A stretch of DNA of 57,801 bases, counting the filler, from Trypethelium eluteriae (taxonomy: Eukaryota), in assembly GCA_051942245.1 (NCBI GenBank). It is 3 parts of 3 records of this genome, joined end to end, with 100 filler letters (N's around TTAATTAATTAA, not from the genome) between each part and the next. Parts side by side here need not be neighbours in the genome. Positions count along the whole stretch, not along the records: positions 19,425 to 38,617 come from JAVECL010000533.1; 2 more parts are not named here. One strand, written 5' to 3'. Both the position numbers and the translations under genes were made by a program. The notes under the pieces were generated by a model. It saw only the letters and a list, made by a program, of their open reading frames with translations. It was not told the origin of the DNA and ran no database searches. Shown here one piece after another: positions 21,955-32,707 of the stretch. The number at the start of each line of letters is the position of its first letter. Within the stretch, counting starts at the first letter, position 1.

Positions 21955-23768
21955 ATGATGGCAGTCTACGACTTCATTTCGGTCATCGTGAAATACGCAA
22001 TTCTCGGTTTTGCGTTGCGTGTATGAGCCGCACATCCCTGATCAAACCGTGAGGCTGATAGCAATCAGTGTTCCCTGCTGTACACCTACCGCGTCATCTT
22101 TCATCCTCTGAGCAAGTATCCAGGGCCCTTCATCGCTCGATTGACCGACTGGTACAGAGCATTCAATGCTTTGTCGATGCGCCTACATTTGACAACATAT
22201 CAAGATCATCAAAAATATGGTAAGCGTCGCGAGCCCTACTTTCCTTAGCATGACTGCTGGTCTACTGATTCACTTGTAGGATCTATAGTGCGACATGGAC
22301 CGAACAAGCTCGTCTTCAATTCCGCGCAAGCACTTCATGGTACGCGATTGGTGTTGCCCCGGGCGTACGGTTCTGACGATTCAAAGACATATATCAGAAC
22401 GAGAGACTCTACAAGAGTCGATCTATTCTTATTACTCAGATAAGGAAGGATGTCTATAGCATCTTTAACGTGCTGGACAAGCGCCTTCATCGCATCAAGC
22501 GCAGGATTATTGGAGAAGGTATATCCGAGCGATCGATGCGCCGCTTCGAGCCAACGATGATCAAAGAGATTGATATTTTTCTCAAGCAACTTGCCGAAGT
22601 TCACAAGTCAAAAGCAGCGACAAACATGACCGAGAGGTGTAAGCGTCTTGGTATGGATATTATCGGCCAGCTTGGGTTTGGAACTTCCCTCGAGTTGCAG
22701 ACCGATTCCAAGAATCGATTTACGATCAAAGGCATGGCAGGAGGCAATTATCGCAACAATGTATACATACAGTTCCCGATGGCAAAGTACCTCGGCATCG
22801 AAGTTTTACTCTACCCCTTTTTCTATGCAATTCGGATGAGGTATTACTTCTTACTGAAAAGACTCGTTGCAGGACGTCTTGCAGAAGGAAAACACGCCAG
22901 AGCAGATCTGTTCTCCTTTGTCGTGGGTGCTAAGGACCCGGAAAGCGGAGAGCGTATCCGGATGAGTGAGTTGTGGTCAGAAGCAACCTTCTTTTTCCCT
23001 GCAGGTTCGTATGCACTTCGCGCAGTCCCGTCTGACTCAAATCGACTTATTTTGTGTCATGTAGGAGGTGATACTACTTCTACCGCTTTAAGCGCGATGT
23101 TCTTCTATCTATCCAGATACCCGGAATGTTACGAGAAATTGTCTAGAGAGATCCGCTCTGCATTCACGGCAGGCGCTGAAATATGTATCGGCCCCAAAGT
23201 GTCTAGCTGTTCCTATCTGCGAGCATGCATCGACGAGACCCTGCGAATGTCGCCGCCGGTCACGGGTACTCTGTGGAGAGAGCTACCACCGGGGTCCGAC
23301 AACGAACCTCTTATAATCGACGGGCATTCGATACCCAAAGGGACACTGGTGGGAGTCAACATCTATTCGATTCATCACAACGAGCTGTATTTCCCCGATT
23401 CATTTACTTTCAAGCCGGAGCGATGGCTTTCCGATAACGCACGCGATGCGGAAGAAGCCCCGGCGGAGAGGAAAGCGATGCTCTCCGCATTCTCACCCTT
23501 TTCTATAGGTTCAAGGGCTTGTGCTGGTAAAACTATGGCATACATGGAGCTCAGTATCGTTATGGCTAAAACACTTTGGTATTTTGACTTTCATACGCCG
23601 GAAGGGAAGTCATCTCAAGCTGGTGCAGGTATCGGAGGTAAGACTAATGGCAGAGGGAGACCTGCGGAATTTCAGCTCTATGACATTTTCTCTTCTACTC
23701 ATACAGGCCCAAATTTGAGATTCCTTCCAAGGGACGAACAGTGGAAGGAGCTCATTCCGATGGATTAA
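21955..23768 (+). CDS. Cytochrome P450 monooxygenase (benzoate-hydroxylase/Tri11-like fungal group)
   Basis: Spliced exons give YRVIFHPLSKYPGPFIARLTDWY, IVRHGPNKLVFNS, I-helix AGGDTTST (across the intron at ~23005-23064), ETLR (ExxR), FKPERW and heme motif FSIGSRACAG. Four introns. Confidence 0.93.
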
Positions 23769-24360
23769 GATGTTGATTACGCCCTCAATCGTAGGATTCA
23801 AAAGGCCCGTACCGCTGCATGATCCTCCTAGATCGGGCAATAAGCTTGAAGACCAATAAATGATTGGCTTGCACAGCTCTGGGCCATTATTTTCCAAGCG
23901 AGCTTTCTGTCCAGGCCAAGGTAGCTAACGCTACAAGAGCCTCTTGCTGAGTTGACATCGACTGTCAGATAGCTGATGGCCGTTTGCAGATGCATAGACT
24001 GAGGGCGACGTCGACGCCTTATGCAAGGCAAAGCTCCAACAGTACCCAAGGCGACGACCATGGCCCCGCTTCTCTCGAGGCAAGACGGAAGAAATATGAA
24101 AAGACGGCAGGAATCGTGGAAGCAAATGTGAGAACTCCTCCCGCTCCGGAGTAGCTCAGCGACGCTGGTATTGTCTCGCTAGACAGTGATGAGGGCAATT
24201 CCACGGAAAGCTCGGAGCTTCGGCAAGCACAACTGCCAGATCGTCAGCAAAAACAACGTCGAGACCATCGACGGCCACCACAGCTCAATTATCGAGGAGT
24301 ATCACGGCTCATTCGTCAGTCAACACCTTAGCCAGATCATCGCCCACCCCTACAGCTAGT

Positions 24361-24595
24361 ATTCCCCCTACAAGAGAGCGGATTGTCCTTAAGAACGCAG
24401 CAGAAAAGTGTTCTATCATGATCAACGCGCCAGTTGAAGACGACCTTTGGAGAGACATGCATAGCGTACAGAATTAAGGGTAATGTCGCCAAGGAAGCTG
24501 CCACGATGGTCAACTATATCATCTCCAGAGATAATCTTGATCGACTAACGGATCGTCAAGAACGCCGAGTGCAGAGCGGCGCTTTCAGAGCTTGA
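24361..24595 (+). pseudogene. Frameshifted remnant of a small fungal protein with two C-terminal pseudo-repeats
   Basis: RIVLKNAAEKCSIMINAPVEDDLWRDMHSVQ, then +1 shift near 24472, then IKGNVAKEAATMVNYIISRDNLDRLTDRQERRVQ. No intact start found. Confidence 0.4.
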
Positions 24596-25591
24596 GCTCC
24601 CATCACTCTCTAGACTATGAGGAGTCTCCAGACCATTACAAGAAGGGTCTAAACTGGGGCTATCGAGTAACGGAAGGTGGGAAGGACCTGACAAACTATG
24701 TCTTGCTTTAAAGATAGATAGCTGTTGCCGAAGCCACGGTTTCAAACCGATAAAAATCAAAGCCTTGGTCGGGTCAATCTCCTCGCAGACGATGAAAAAT
24801 TGACCGCTTCATTTCAATATCAGCTAACGGCCTGGCGTTGGGTCTAAGTTCGATCGGGTGTGACATATGCGGGCTGGTTTATATCGTAGGTCATGGAATT
24901 GACATCACTTTAGAGAAAACACTGTACAGTACTCTAGAGTAGTAACACTGAAACTCAAAGACAAACTTCATGCGCACAGGAAGCATGGAGACGATTCCAG
25001 GGAATGCTGTGACCGTCGACAAAGAGGGATGGAGCTCGGCGGCTAGCGACACCGTCTCAAAAGGACGGGTCGCGTGCGAAGATTCGCGCTCTGCCGTCAT
25101 GATTACAAAGCTGTCCCGTCAGAGGTCGGGAGTCATCCAAACATTGTTCATCAACTCCTTGGACTGCCTTCGCTATGCCATTTTCACTTCTAATGCTTGG
25201 AGCTTTCGAAATCAGAACTGTGCTAAGGCCCCCGCATCAGACAACTGATGATTGACCAAACCGCCATGATCCGGCTTAACGAAGGCCTGCGTCCTTCGAC
25301 TTTTACAATAGAGTATAGGAACCTTCAGCTTTGTGATGGTTTTGTAAGCACTGCCTTATCAATACTACTGCTAGTTTGCAATAAATCAATTCTCGATTGA
25401 AAGGAAGCATGGACGGTTTGCGGTTACCGCCACCTCCGCCAAAACCTCCTACAACGTCAAAATTCACGCACCTCACCAAATTTATTAGAGAAGTTACAAT
25501 TTTACTATTTCACATATTTTCACTACTCTTATTGCTCAACCAGGAAGATTTGAGGTTGTTTGAACATTAAGCTTACTCTAAGAGATCTCTA

Positions 25592-25800
25592 CTTCAATCT
25601 CTGCGCTGGTCCTACCTCTCTGCGCAGGTCCTACCTCTCTGCGCAGGCCCTACCTCTCTATGCAGGCCCTACCTCTCTGCGCAGGCCCTACCTCTTTATG
25701 CAGGCCTTATCTCTCTGCGCAGGTCTCTCCTCTCTGCGCAGACCTCACCTCTTTACGCAGGCCTAGCCTCTCTGCGTAGGTCTCATATCTTTGAGTATGT
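25592..25800 (+). repeat. Tandem array of ~11 copies of the 19-bp unit CCTACCTCTCTGCGCAGG(T/C)
   Basis: Units read directly at 25611, 25630, 25649, 25668, 25687, 25706, 25725, 25744 and 25763, with degenerate outer copies. Confidence 0.92.
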
Positions 25801-25820
25801 TATGTTATCTTAAGATGAAA

Positions 25821-26067
25821 GATTTACACAGAGGGGCGAGACTTATACAAAGAGGTGGGGCTTATGCAGAGATGAGAGGTCTGCACAGAGAGGAGAAACC
25901 TGCGCAGAGAGGAGAGGTCTGTGTAAAAAGGTAACGCCTACGCAGAGATGAGAACCCTGCGCAGAGAGGAGAGGCCTGCGCAGAGAGACAGGGCCTGCGC
26001 ACAGAGGTAGGACCTGCGCAGAGAGGTAGGGCCTGCATAAAGAGGCAAGACTTACATAAAGATTAGA
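25821..26067 (-). repeat. Inverted tandem array of ~13 copies of the same 19-bp unit
   Basis: Plus strand reads e.g. GACCTGCGCAGAGAGGTAG and GGCCTGCGCAGAGAGACAG with 19-bp period; followed by a short (TTAGA)n tract at ~26075-26110. Confidence 0.92.
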
Positions 26068-26440
26068 GTTATAATTAGATTAGATTAGATTAGATTTAGC
26101 TTAGATTAAGGGATCTCCGATCCAACCAAGGTTCTTCCATGGGCGTAATTATATATAATAATACCCACAACTCTCTAAAAATTAAAGAAATAAGGTGTAA
26201 ATAAAAAAGCAGGCTAGCAGCAAGTTAGATTGCTTCATATTTTCCAGATTAGGGAATAAATAAAGTGTAAAAACCATAAAAAACATTAAAGTTGTTAACT
26301 TACTAGTAGATTTGGTGAGGGAGGCGAATATTTGACGTTATGTGGGTTTTGGCGGAGGTGGCGCTTAGCGCAAACCTTGGCATGTTCGATGCCACAACTG
26401 TGTTCGTAATCTCAACGATCCTACAAGCACAAACCCAGAC

Positions 26441-29400
26441 TCAATCATGATCACTCAATACTTCCGTTTGACTTTCCCTTAATCCGCTTTCCAGACGGAG
26501 TACCCATGCTTCTCTTTTAGAGAACCATTCCTCGTCAACGTTGGTCAGCGTGCTGAACTTGGTACGGTCGTTGTGGTAGTGGTCCAACCAGTTGCGATAG
26601 TCCTCGAATTTCGCGCCCTGTGGACTAAGATTCTTATCATCCCTAACATTCATTCTATCGCTCGACCTGTCTATCAAGAATCTTCGACTTGGATCTTTTG
26701 GGTGCTCTAGCATCCCATATTCAGCAATTTCCTACTTTGCTCCCCGACATTAGTTTCACAGAACTTTCACTTTGGTCATGGAGGAGAATTGCCTTTGCTG
26801 TCGGGCGATTTGCACACTCTCGTCGCATTTGATCTTGTACAGATATGCGGTATGATTGCACAAGCTGCTCGACAAACTTTTCTTCCAGTCCCATCCCTTG
26901 CTGACTCGCCAACAATTGCATCATATCATCTTCAAAATCGCGGATGATCTCGCTTTCTTCGTCCAGTATTTCGGAAATGTCGTCGCTTTGGACTCTTTTT
27001 CGAAAGCTTCCTGAGCTTCTGCAGCAGACGTGGGTCAAATCGTCATTGTCAAATCGCTTGATTCGAACCAGGTCAAGGATTATTTGCTCTCTTTGAGGTT
27101 CGGGTGCAGGTTCAGATAGCAGGTCAAGCCATTCCAGCCACCACGCCTCCTTTCCTAGGCGCAAAACAGACTTCCACCATTCCTCCTCAGGGCTTCGCAA
27201 TAGTATCGTTGACGGGCTACACCCAGAATCCGAACACGCACACAAGCAGTGGTCTCGAGCTATGGGGTCTGCGCCCCAACGAAGGAGAATTTTGATTATA
27301 TTAATCATCTCGGAACACCGTAATTCTTCCACACTCAACATTCCATCGAAGGCAGTATAGGTAAATCTTCTCAATTCGCTGGCCGCATGGTGCAAAACTG
27401 TCCAGCCACGCTCATCTTGTCGCGCTAGTGAAGCGCCTCTCTTAAGGTGTTCCTCGATCAATGCAGCGTTGCAGGACCGAACTGCTTTCATGAGGGCTGT
27501 CTGGCCATAACAGTCTGCATAATCAATATCAAATGAGAATCCAGCTTCGAATAAAGCTTTGGCTTCACTGATGTTGGATACCACATGCAGAAGCGTTGCA
27601 CCAGGATTCGGTCCAAGCGTCTCTACTGTGGAATCTGGTCCAAGCATCATATCCGGATTTGCCCCGAACTTGAGAAGCTCCTGTAAAAGATCCCTATCGT
27701 CGAACCTCGTAGCCCGCTTGTTGCGCCAGGCATACTCTGACATAAGATCGTCGACAATGTTCTGAAATGAATCAGCATCAAGGGATTTCTTGCAGTGCTC
27801 CAACATCAAGGTAAACAAATTTTGGTCTACTCCCCAGTAACTGAGACGGAGAGTGAGTGGAAGATAGGTCACGTCAAACAGTCGAACAGGGGCCGATCCT
27901 GCTTCGAGCAAAAGAAGCACGGAGTCTTTTTGCTGATATGCGAATGCGTACGCCAAAGGTGTGAAACACCACCTATCGCAGAAGTCCGTACGTTCGTAGC
28001 GTGGTATGAGCTTTCGCAGAAGTTTCGGTCGTAGAATAGCCAAATGAAGTGCCGTTTGATCTAGAAAATTATTGGCGGTAAAGTTTGGAGACCTCATCAG
28101 CTATCGGTCAAGATCATTATCTGAGCCTAGCAAGACTGCTTCCATTGGCGACGTAGTCTCGCCAAATCCTACCATGAGATCAGCGTAAGATAGGGAACAT
28201 CTGATAATAAGAATCGTATAGCTACCAGGATCATTCGTCACGCAATTTCGAATCACCTCGAGATAGAATGGATCGCTTGGGAATATGTCGCCACGCACAA
28301 AGTCAAACTTGTGAATATGCCAGCTCATAACCGACCGGGAATTCAGCAAGGAAACATCAAAGCCACTGTCCAGAAGAATCTTAATCGGTTGTATATACGG
28401 AGATCCAAATGACTCATGTATGAGGCACATTTCTAGAAGCCTTCCTCTCTGCATTAGGGATGAAACTAAAGCTTTGGAAAGTCAGGCTTACGAGTCTTCG
28501 GTCCCCCACTTAGCTCCATAACTGACCAACATCTTTCCCATATTCAGCCGATGCTGCGTGGTCTCTGGTTCCGAGAAACGCCATTTCTCGATGAAATCCT
28601 TGAGTAAGGCGTCAAAGACTATGCATATGGGTGTCGATTTGCCTGAGCTCACCTCAAGATACGTTCTCCCACTTGGATTAACATCATCGGGTGAAGCTTG
28701 ACCGTATTCGAAAGGTTCCTGCAGTTGTTTATGAGCCTCCGGAAGTTCAAGAAAACCCTCGTAACACTTTTCCAGCACGACGAAGCCTGGAGAAGTGTAC
28801 TTAACAACTCGGACTGGGCGAAGAGTTATCGACATAGAGTAGCCACTGTCTCCCCACGCAAGGCAAAGTTGGAACTGGATCAGTTTGAGGATGTTGAATG
28901 GATAAAGCCCGACATTGAATGACGTGTAGAATGCTCTATTCCTGCATGACGCTCTGTCGCAGCTAGAGAAGAGGCTTGTAACTGAGGGAAAGTTCCAAGA
29001 CCAGAACCGTCCAGATTGGGTAATTGTTCTATGGCAAGAGCAAAAGCATTTCCCATCTAAGCAAAGCGCGTTTTGTCGTGTTTGACGATAAGTTAGCCTG
29101 CTTGGATTGTATCCCGGCAGTTCAGATGAGCCGGTATGGTCTGCGCCACTATTTGCAGCCATCTCTTGCATTACGCTGCTACTTTCCGTTACAATGATTC
29201 GATTGTGCATTTGAGTAACCATGGCCGAGTTATAGGCAGACTGGTGCAATGTTAGAAAGTTTGAAGTCCAGCTCAGCCTTTCCACTGCTTGTTTGACTTT
29301 CTTTTCCCGGGCAAGACTACAGAGTGCTTTTCATCTCTTGCTAAACGAGCTCTCTCCTTCTTTAGGAAGCGTTCTCTCTAGAAGGCTGTCAAGCAGTTCG

Positions 29401-29660
29401 ACCTGAGTCGCACACCTCTCAACTGTAAGCATTAGCATCTGCTTATTCTGCACACTCAATCGACTCAAGGCCACCGGTGTGCATAGTTGAGCCAGCGTAT
29501 CATTTAAGAGTGGAAGTTCAAAATACAGGTCGCTGAATACATTTGAGTTCTGAGTGAGAGAGGACTGAAACTCTTTCAGACGTGTACTGATTTTGGCGCT
29601 GAAGTCGATCATCTGAACGATGGAGCCAGCAAGGCCGAGCGCAGCGATAGCTTCCGCCAT
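26441..29660 (-). pseudogene. SesA-like N-terminal helical domain + Cys-rich linker + ankyrin-repeat protein with two premature in-frame stops
   Basis: MAEAIAALGLAGSIVQMIDFSAKISTRL...LPLLNDTL...TLPKEGESSFSKR*KALCSLAREKKVKQ (TGA 29331-29333) and LLGSDNDLDR*LMRSPNFTANNFLDQTALHLAI (TAG 28101-28103). ANK motifs FTPLAYA, GQTALMKAV and GWTVLHHAA; C-terminal RDHCLCACSDSGCSP...LTHVCC. Several introns are plausible. Confidence 0.8.
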
Positions 29661-30348
29661 AGCTTCGATACGGACATAAAAATCTCACTTAAAAGAGCAG
29701 TCAGGATCTGAGACAGTAGGATTGTCAAGGCGAAATGTAGAACGGGAACGCTCAGCTTATCTTTCATTAGGGAAGGCAGAACTACCACAGGGAGTGAGCC
29801 TTGGAGAAGCCTTGGAGAAGCCTAGGGGTCGTCATTTGGCAGATTCAAATGTTGTGTAACTCGAACTTGAACAGGGGTACGGTTGCGAAGTTCATACCCA
29901 GATCCTGAAATGGAATAGAAGGATCTCTCCAGTGCGGAACTTTCCAAACAAAGGGTAAGTGATATTAAGACAATACTCTATGATGTCAGAGCTAGACTAC
30001 TGCGCTCGTGAAGTAGCTTTAGTGGTCGTTATTCCGCCCGAGTCGTTTTCCGGCGTCTTTAAAATGCATTTAGGGTGCTATCATGCACCAAAACCTTTCT
30101 ATTTAATCTAAGATATAGTAGTCACCCATCTCGTCATACGCCAAACATAATTACTTTCCTTCCACGCTGCATGCCCAGATATCATTAATACATGTTCCTT
30201 TAGATCAAATCCGCCCGAAAGTGCCATGACGCGTACTATCCAGTATGCTCCCTCCTATATACACAAAGACAACGCCGCGGGCGAAGGTGGGGCCTTTCCA
30301 AATTTTTTAATATAATGTAGTTGTGTCCCTTGGAGGGAGCAATCCAGT

Positions 30349-32707
30349 CTACCCAATACGCTGACCCCCACAGTCGGGAATGGTAATATTGGGCTTGAGA
30401 TTACGATTGACATCCATCAATCCCCATTTCGACTCCCAATTATCGGTCGGGGTATTGAACATGACCTTCCATGGTTCATCAAACGCTTCGAACCTGCATG
30501 CCACCAGAGTCAGCTCAAAATTCCCTGCTGGATAGACTTTCCCTTTCTCCCGACCAATCGAAAGCAAAGAAACTGAAGAGATAAAGGGGGGATAGAGACG
30601 CCACTCACCAAAAATAATTCGTCCCATTCTTCAAACTCTGACACACAAACCCCTCCATAAACGTATTCATATTCGGCACGCTCGCCACCGCGCCCGCCGT
30701 CGGATTCGGACACCCATCATCCGTCCCACAATCATTGCCGCCCTCGCTCGGCCACCCCACCTCCGCGATCACACTCGGCTTGCTCCGATCGAGGCTGACA
30801 TCGTGCTGCTGCCAGAAATCCCAGGTCCATCCGGGCGCCTGGTCGGGCGTGACGCCCGCGAAGAAAGGGTGGACATTCGCCATGATGACGTCGACGGCCT
30901 GGGCGAGCTGGCTGTTCCAGTTGTCGCCGAGGTCGGAGGTGGCGAGGGGTAAGGAGCCGAGCCCCATGGAGGTGAGGTTCTGCTTGACGGAGGTCAGGGT
31001 GGTGATGAGTTGCTCTTCGGACAGGTATTTGGAGAAGAGGACTTCGTTGCCGACGATGACGCCGGCGAGGGGCGAGGCGCCGCCTTTCGGGATGCTCTGC
31101 AGGACGGACCACATCTGGGAGATCTGGCGGTTGTTGGTGGTTTGGTTGGAGTTGAGGTAGACGCCGAGCCAGAGCTTCATGTCTGAGGGTTGGAGGTTGA
31201 GCTGGGAGAAGGCGTGGAGGACCATCTCGGTTTGGTTGCAGTCGGTGCCGTAGAGGCGGACGACGTTGGTGAGCTGGGAGAGGACGGCAATGTCGGCGGT
31301 GACGTTGTTTTGTATTGGTGGATTGTTTAAGCAGTCGGGGTATTGGGCGTTGAGGGGCGTGTAGTCCATGCCAGGGAAGACTTTCTTCAGGTTTGGATTG
31401 TTCATGAGTGCTTGAATCTGAGGTGAATTTGCATTGAGATCGCCTTTCGAGTCGGAGATCGACTGAGTGGAGGCTGATGAGCTACCTCCACCAGAAGAGG
31501 ACGAAGATGAATTCTTGCGGTTGGTCAAAACACCTCCCACGACACCTCCAACAATTGCAAGGACTATAATCAGGCCTATCACGCCTCCAACAATCCATTT
31601 CAATCGTTTGTTACCGGTAGTCTGCTTATCCAACCAAGCACTCTTCTCGGCTTCACCACCAGGTACGTTGGAATTGTCAGGGACTGCGTTATATGAGCCG
31701 CTTGGATTTCTTGACCCAAACATTTTCCCTGCAGCTGCTCCTCCTGCAGCGGCACCGATCGCGCCGGCGGGAGCTATACCGTCCGGACCTTGATTTCTTG
31801 AGGCAGGCCGACCGAGATTCAGAAATGACCTTCTCCGTCCGTCGTGAGCTGGAGCATCTAATCCATCATCACCATCATCAGCTATTGAGTAAGGATCGAT
31901 AGAGCCCAGAGCAGCACTGCTTGCAAATGGATCTCTAGCAGAATGGCGGTTATAGGGACTGTCTGAGTAGGGCGCGTAGTCATCGGCATATCGTTGTGGC
32001 GAGGATCCATCCAAAGGGATACTATGATCCGAATAACGTTGCGGCGTCGATATACCTGGCTCATAAGCAGCGGGAGCTAGAGCTGTATTGGGAACGTACG
32101 AATCTTGGTGATTGTGCGCCACGTAGTTCCGTGGAGTGAACTCCGGTGGAGGAGGGATAGCATAACCCGCACCATCGGGGTTGAACTGGCGCTCGGGAGG
32201 ATCAGGCATGTTTTGTTGTGGCCGCCCGTTTCGAAATAGATTGTCAATATCCTGTAACGCTTGAACACCGCTTTCTCTTTCGTGTGTATTGGCAACGCCG
32301 ACCGCAATTCCTGTGATACCTCCGCCAGCTGCAGCCTCGCTTAGATTGTCGTGTGCAGGAGTAGTGACAGACTGCCGGTTGGGATTTGAGTATGCTCTCT
32401 GTCGCCTGTATTCGGCAGAGGGTAGAGATCGATGTGGTGGAGGTGGCGGCGGCGGGGTGGGAGAACCAGACGAGTCTGTGGGTATTGGAAGTGGAGGAGG
32501 TGGAGAAGGGGGAGCGTAGTCGTAAGGTTGTTGCAAGTCTTGTCGCCGCGAGCCGCCAGAGTATGTGTTGACAGGAGCGACTTGGTACGACCTGCTGCCT
32601 CTACTTGCAGCTGCCGGATCGTGGTAGGGTTGGACGGGAGTTGAGTGGTTAAAGCCTGTTTGCTCTGGGTTGTTGGGTAAATATTGTCGGAAATGTTTGG
32701 AGGACAT
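30349..32707 (-). CDS. btgC: Membrane-anchored GH17 endo-1,3-beta-glucanase/glucanosyltransferase (BtgC type)
   Basis: Long Pro-rich N-terminus, EKSAWL...[30 protein letters not shown] helix, and GH17 motifs [35 protein letters not shown] and [10 protein letters not shown] across the intron at ~30493-30606. Confidence 0.92.

Larger units (their letters stand above)
25412..26379. mobile_element. Non-autonomous TIR element with foldback architecture (968 bp)
   Basis: Left end GACGGTTTGCGGTTACCGCCACCTCCGCCAAAACC...CCTCACCAAATTTATTAG is the imperfect reverse complement (~95 bp) of the right end ...CTAGTAGATTTGGTGAGG...GGTTTTGGCGGAGGTGGCGCTTAGCGCAAACCTTG. GCATG flanks both ends (25407-25411, 26380-26384). 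AT-rich interior with no transposase. Confidence 0.85.

Noticed and set aside
25560..25766. 68-aa repetitive ORF (AGPTSLRR...)
   Set aside because: A by-product of translating the 19-bp array; no coding evidence.
25592..26067. CRISPR-like array
   Set aside because: The 19-bp units are contiguous with no unique spacers, occur as two inverted arms inside a TIR element, the genome is fungal, and there are no cas genes.
8300..30000. Starship giant transposon carrying NLR/HET cargo
   Set aside because: The cargo types are compatible, but no DUF3435 tyrosine-recombinase captain or boundary repeats are visible, and the core gene hex-1 lies within the interval.
30732..32644. Numerous overlapping or antisense ORFs of 60-180 aa in GC-rich genes (also at 39415-40366 and 19554-20237)
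   Set aside because: Shadow ORFs caused by high GC3 codon bias of the real genes; no independent motifs.
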